DNA from: Octopus vulgaris
Lineage: Eukaryota
DNA length: 64,000 nucleotides
Direction: 5' to 3'
NCBI GenBank assembly: GCA_951406725.2
Contig: OX597828.1
Coordinates: 73,718,001-73,782,000, forward strand
Shown: one piece after another, positions 57,458-64,000 of the stretch
How positions within the stretch are numbered: position 1 is the first letter of the stretch
Layout: the number at the start of each line of letters is the position of its first letter
Translations under genes and position numbers: made by a program
Notes under the pieces: generated by a model
The model's database searches: none
The model's input: the letters and a program-made list of their open reading frames with translations, nothing else
Told to the model about the DNA's origin: nothing

Positions 57458-57460
<3 letters not shown>
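57408..57460 (-). ncRNA. Type I hammerhead ribozyme
   Basis: gagcttc-CTGAAGA-tttc(tctt)gaat-GAAA-cag(ttctagtc)ctg-TA-gaagctc: 7-bp stem I and a real stem III. Confidence 0.88.
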
Positions 57461-57514
<54 letters not shown>

Positions 57515-57517
57515 ACA

Positions 57518-57559
57518 TTATAGTACCGGTTTCAGTCATTGAGACTTTTTCAACTGTAA
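57518..57559 (-). ncRNA. Minimal hammerhead, U3-A8 variant, in a ~73-nt insert
   Basis: ttacag-TTGAAAA-agtc(tcaat)gact-GAAA-ccgg-TA-ctataa; the insert 57509-57581 lies between two (TA)n tracts. Confidence 0.8.
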
Positions 57560-57577
57560 CAATTAAATAATTAAATT

Positions 57578-57646
<69 letters not shown>

Positions 57647-58227
57647 TATCAAGGGTGCTAGGGCGAAAGCGACCTCTCTCCAACATGCTTGAAGTGCCGA
57701 TACTTTCAAAGAACTACCAAAAACCTTCCAAAACATGTCTGAAAACGGGCTCGTGAGAGAAAATTAAAAGGACCTCACATTAATTATGAATTGGTTTCAA
57801 TTTCTGGATGAAAGCCAAAAATACGCTTTCTTCCTTCATCAACACAATACACGGTGGATGGGGTAATATATACGTGTGTGTGTTTGTATGTGTGTGTGTG
57901 AGTTTGTGTGTTTGTTTGTATGTATGTATGTATGTATATCACACTATTACGGGATCGATCAGACCATCAAACGCCTTGAGACACCAGAGGTTACAGTGTG
58001 CTTATAATTCCGTCTTCTTTGCTCCATTCTTTTCTATCTCGACCCAAATTCCTTAATTAAATCGCATTCTCCTCATCGTGGAGACCTTCCAAGATGCGTG
58101 TTACCTTCTCTTGGGCACCGCTCGGCAACTGTTAACCGTGCGACACATCGGGCACAGCGGAAATTGTGCTTTCGTCATTCACTCCCCCGTTCACTGCGAT
58201 ACAAACACACACACACACATACACACA

Positions 58228-58395
58228 ACAGGAGTGGATGTATGGTAAGTAGCTTGCTTACCAACCACATGATTGCGGGTTCAGTCCCATTCCGTCGCAA
58301 CTTGAGCAAGTGCCTTCTACTACAGCCTCGGACCGACCAAAGCCTTGTGAGTGGATTTGGTAGACGGAAACTGAAAGAAGCTAGTCGTATATATG

Positions 58396-58479
<84 letters not shown>

Positions 58480-58660
58480 TAACATCGATTGACAACCGAT
58501 GCTGGTATGTTTACGTACCCGTAACTTACCAGTTCGGCAAGAGAGACCGATAGAATAACTTCAAGGCTTACAAAGAATAAGTCCTGGGGTCGATTTGCTC
58601 GACTAAAAGGCGGTGCTCCAGCATGGCCGCAGTCAAATGACTGCAACAAGTAAAAGAATG
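58228..58660 (+). mobile_element. SINE family B
   Basis: Homologous to 20584-20975. Confidence 0.9.
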
Positions 58661-58810
58661 AAAATATATAAAGATACGTACATACATATATACACCGTAA
58701 AAGTCTGTAAAACTTCCCCAAAATTTATCATTTAAATATATGTATATGCATGTCGAGATATGCAACTGTATGCATGAGAATACATACATAAAACAAAACA
58801 TACAAATCTG

Positions 58811-58861
<51 letters not shown>

Positions 58862-59635
58862 GCACGCATGCACACATACATACATACAAAAGTTCCCTGT
58901 TGTCGATGTTGAAATTCCAGTGAAGTAGCCTTGGATGTAGGTAAGAATCCGGCTCTTTCTCTATTGGTACAAAATCTTGAAATAAAACCTGAACACCCGC
59001 ATACACACACAAACACACATACATACACACATACATACGTGCAGCATGTCTGTCTGCATGCATGATCTATTGGTTGAATGGTTAACACATCGATATAGGT
59101 AAAATAATGCAATATAAAACACACTTGTGCAATAGTGGTTGTAACATACACACATACACACACACAGATAAATATACATATATAAAGACAGACAGACTGA
59201 CTGACAGACAGCTATGTAATCTGTTTTTTAACAGTTCACTAATAAACATCTTGGAATGAAATTTCTTCAATGAATTGGAAGGAATTTAGAGATGAAGTCT
59301 TTTGGGTGGATGAAGAATCTACAATGATTTAATTGGAATGAAATGGAGATTTTGGTTCCTGCAGGTAAAATGCTCACGATACAACAAACACAATTAACTC
59401 GGCTATAAAGTTACTGCGAACGTCAGTCAACGGGTTGTTCGCAACGGAGTATGTCTTTTCTGTGTGCGTGGGGCTTCAGTTTCAAGTCACTGAGCCTGTA
59501 TTTCGAAACCCCCTATTCCAGTGAGAGACAGAGAGGAAGAGGGGAGAAAAGAGAAGCGAAAAGTAAGGCTTACATTGCCACTACATTGCAATGTGTACGT
59601 ATATGTATACATACGTACGTATACGTAGTATATGT

Positions 59636-59684
<49 letters not shown>

Positions 59685-59746
59685 GTATACATATATACGT
59701 ATACATATATATATATATATATGTATACATATGTATATATGTATGT

Positions 59747-59801
<55 letters not shown>

Positions 59802-59803
<2 letters not shown>

Positions 59804-60126
59804 TATAAATACAGGGTTCAGAAACGATTATGCTTCACCACATACCGAAGTTTAGAAATAGCAGTCAAAAAATCTTAGCTATTCCTTCTATTTTATAGAG
59901 GGTTCCCTTAAAAACCAGATACCAAAGCACTTGAAAACAAACCACGCAGGCAAAAGGGAAAAAAAACGTCGTTTTTTCCCCTTTTGCCTGCGTGGTTTGT
60001 TTTCAAGTGCTTTGGTGTTTCTGGGAACCCCCTTTAAAGTAGAAGGAATAGCTAAGATTTTTTTGACTGCTATTTCTAAACTTCGGTATGTGGTGAAGCA
60101 AATCGTTGCTGAACCCAATTTATAAA
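59802..60126. repeat. ~325-nt fold-back element in (TA)n, with tail to about 60225
   Basis: Inverted arms of about 160 nt centred near 59968. Confidence 0.92.
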
Positions 60127-60219
60127 CTATTACTTAAGCTTACCATGAATTGGTCCTTTTCATGCCGAATTCTACTTGGCTAAATTACTAATTACTTCTT
60201 AATTAATTTCACTCTTTGT

Positions 60220-60307
<88 letters not shown>

Positions 60308-60760
60308 TTCGTTTCCACTAAGTCTTACCATGCTTTTGGCGGGGAATATGAATCACAACTATGTATGCAATCGATTAAACCGCATGGGTATTTGACGCTC
60401 GTGTGGGTCTAATAAATTGTATCGAAGACAAACTGCCGCTGATGATTTATAGATAAATATGTGAGTAAAATTGCATATTATATTAATAATGAAACAATTG
60501 TTCGGTGTTAATCTATTTTTTCATTGTACTTCACTTTCCTTACGTTGAATATAATGTTATTTCTTATTGGAAACAACTTTGGTGGCTATACCAGAAAAAG
60601 GAGCTTTTTTAGCACTAGAGTTAACCACTTAGCGGTAACTCTCTTATATTTAAGTATAAATTTGTATTGTCTCCTGGATTTTTATGTGCTAGGCCACTTG
60701 GTGTTAAAATGATGATATTATTGAATTAATATCTAATTTTCACCCTCATTTATGAGTATA

Positions 60761-60871
<111 letters not shown>

Positions 60872-61286
60872 ACATATATATATATGTAAATATATATATA
60901 TACATATGCACATATATATATATACATATATACATATATATATATAATCATTAGGTTGAGACATGTAGGAAACGAGGAGGTAATGTACCCAACCACCGCT
61001 GTGCATTGCTGCCAGTAACTCTGATATTCACGTAAACATTTTTTACTTCTAAACAGATCACTAATTAACTGATAAACTATAATTATTTAATGAAGTGCCA
61101 TAATTGCAGAAAAAAGTTTTAGTGTAGTAAAAGTGGGTAATGGAATAATTAACGTTAAATAGAGACTTTCTCACCTGGAAGGGGAATCCACATGACACCC
61201 CAACCAGAAATAGATCTACGATGAAGTGTCTTAGGATGATGCATGTCTATTCGTTTTTCATCGTCTCTTAAGAATTTATGCTATAT

Positions 61287-61336
<50 letters not shown>

Positions 61337-61461
61337 GTGTGTGTATGTGAGAGAGAGAGAGAGAATGTTAGTGTATGTGTATGTGTGTGGATGTACACGC
61401 ATACATAAATATAAGCAGGTGAAAAAAGGGGACAAAACTACTCCAGTACCAAATAAAATTG

Positions 61462-61493
<32 letters not shown>

Positions 61494-61574
61494 TACATAT
61501 ATCTATATATATACATATATATATGCACTATTGTAAGTGGTATTGGAGTATATATATATGATATTATATTAAGC

Positions 61575-61695
<121 letters not shown>

Positions 61696-61843
61696 TGTAA
61701 TATTACATTGATGGTGAAACCGATCTTTTACACCAAGAAAATACATATACATGATAACAGTTACAATCAGTCACGATCAGACACCACGAAAACATCTACC
61801 TGCTGCGGCACCAAGGTGGTTATTATTATTACTATTATCATTA

Positions 61844-61925
<82 letters not shown>

Positions 61926-61983
61926 TATTATTTTTCTTATTATTATTATTATTATTATTATTGTTGTTGTTGTTGTTATTGAA

Positions 61984-62466
61984 TGAGAGAGAGGGCAGTG
62001 CATGCCATCAAATTGACACTGGGGTACAGTTATATGAAGCCCAGTATACCCATAATGACTACCCGTCTGATAAGTGTACACCCAGCACATGCATCACAAC
62101 CATATTTGCGCGACATGGTGATCTCATATCGAGATTAACAGTGCCTGACCTTGCAGGTGGGGATAAGTTAGAATTTTCTTCAGGACGAAGAGCGCATTCT
62201 TCTGAAAAGGTCCCTGAATAAGGGTTGTTTCCAGAGGCGAATTATCCAAACTCCGAAGAATTCATTTCAACACATGGCCATGATGCTATGGGACATGCTC
62301 AACTGGTTAAGGTCAAACAACTGACAAGCAAATATGTGGTATTGAGCAGAATATTTGCTGTAGCCCATCTTTTATACCAAGACAAAACAATGTACATGAT
62401 AACACTTCCAATCAGTTAAGATCAGAAGCTATGAGAGCCACTGCCTGGTACTGCATCAGGGCATTT
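61984..62466. mobile_element. Non-coding interspersed repeat family C, copy 2, inside (TAT)n
   Basis: Aligns with 55486-55900; (TAT)n on both sides. Confidence 0.8.
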
Positions 62467-62467
62467 A

Positions 62468-62540
<73 letters not shown>

Positions 62541-64000
62541 CATCATCACCATCATTATTATCATTATTATTTTAAGGTGGTTAGCCGGCAGAATGGTTTC
62601 TGTTGAGCTTAATGTTCTGAGTTCAAATGTCGTAAAGTTATCTTTCCTTTCCATTTTCGTTAGTCCACAGAATATGTAGTAATTGAGTACTGAGAACCGA
62701 TGCCACCACCATCCCACCAAAAAGAAATTAAAGAAAATTTCGGGCATTTGAACCAAATACTTATGTTAGCAATCTTCATATTTCGAATGGAAATGTTTAA
62801 ATATTCATATTAACAACTGCGAATTGTTTCTTTACTGACTAAACATATCGCTCATTTCTTACGAAATGTTCTTAATTAAAATTTAATCAATTTAACTTTC
62901 GGAATTATCTCCCTTTCCCTTTTGGGTTTTAGCTATCGTTAGCACTTATGCGATTATTTTTTCTTATCTCATTACATGTGTCACTTCTGTTAATTAAAAA
63001 ATATTGTTTATAATATAATTAATATTGGTATATTTGTTTTCCTATTTTGTCTTTAAATCTAAGGTTTATTACAGTTTTAGTCGTTAGTAAGTCATTATAA
63101 CCATAGTCTTCTGGGTCCCCACGAGGGCCCCATGGAATTAATATTTCGCTCAAATCCGTATTTGTAATATATTCGATTCTATTCACTCGAATTTATTCTT
63201 CTTCTCTTCGAATGATTTTCTTTCCGTTTTTCTTTTTTTTCTGTTCTGTTGTCTATAGTCTATTAATTTAAATACTGATATAAATTCAAACAATAACCTC
63301 AAGCTACAAAACACTACGTTATTGCACAGTCCTCCCACTGCTTTCCTTAGGCGTTACTGTTTATTGTTTAGCCCTAGGCCAACTCTCGTCAAAACCAATT
63401 CAACCACACCCGTGTACGCTTCATCTACGGCGACTTCGACTAATACAGTCATCTATCTTTATAGCTGAAGAATATTTGGTTGTTATTTCTTGCAGATTAC
63501 CCAACCAGATGAATAGTCTCTTGTTGACTTAGTTTTTAAATATTCTACTATTTAGTTGAAAATAGTGATATGTATTTTTGGTCAGTGAATCAATGCAGTG
63601 TTTTCCACAGGAATTAAATGATGAAACACTTTCATATCCTTCCCAAGATTGCGTTTAGCTTAAGGAACTCTCCAGCACTCAATGTTAAATACAGAATAAC
63701 TCATCAGAGGATTTCTATGCTATCTACAAAAGCCTGGATAACACAGCCACTTAAAGTTAATAATTCTCTTACAGAAATTAATTTTGTCTTAATAAACGAG
63801 ATGAGTACACTGTGATTAGATTTTCTTCAGGATATGGAAAACTGCAAGAATCAGGTTGAGAGCCATTCACATCCTACATTTTCCGATCTGAACATCTATG
63901 CCGGAACGATACTGGAAAAATCAATTAAAGAAAAGCATTTCGGAAAAATATGAAAGTTAATTACAATTCAAAAAATTCCAAAATAAATATTGCTTGATAT

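Larger units (their letters stand above)
56142..57460 (-). mobile_element. Second Penelope-like element (GLYRDDGL-type RT, possibly Nematis clade): hammerhead, 5' UTR and N-terminal part of the ORF, in (TA)n
   Basis: Hammerhead at 57408-57460, ATG at 57275, RT truncated shortly after YRDD. TA tracts at both ends. Confidence 0.88.

Noticed and set aside
59235-59364. AG...GT bounded exon-like segment
   Set aside because: Stops in all three frames; could be a non-coding exon but is unsupported.
63831-63953. Possible terminal exon after ttttcttcag (DMENCKNQ...)
   Set aside because: Short, no recognisable homology and no partner exons.

Overview
AT-rich, microsatellite-saturated animal DNA with no recognisable host protein-coding exon. 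The repeat inventory (tRNA-derived SINEs, huge TA/CA/AGAT/TAA tracts) suggests an octopus or other cephalopod intron or intergenic region; this is inference. Almost all listed ORFs are microsatellite artefacts. The real content is mobile DNA: a Neptune-like Penelope-like element (PLE) with RT, GIY-YIG and an inverted pseudo-LTR (29461-32142), a second PLE RT from another clade (56142-57460), two further PLE remnants, CR1, Tx1/L1, R4/Dong-like and possibly RTE LINE fragments, a complete non-autonomous Helitron, and about 20 SINE copies. The most striking signal is a dense set of type I hammerhead ribozyme motifs (about 11, from several unrelated families), almost all in short inserts within or beside (TA)n tracts. 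Two families carry a compensated U3-A8 core (UUGAAAA), and one insert is little more than a ribozyme (~73 nt). Several fold-back inserts, a 3.2 kb nested palindrome and a strand-asymmetric ~100-nt hairpin are also present. Repeat boundaries were read by eye and may be off by a few nt.
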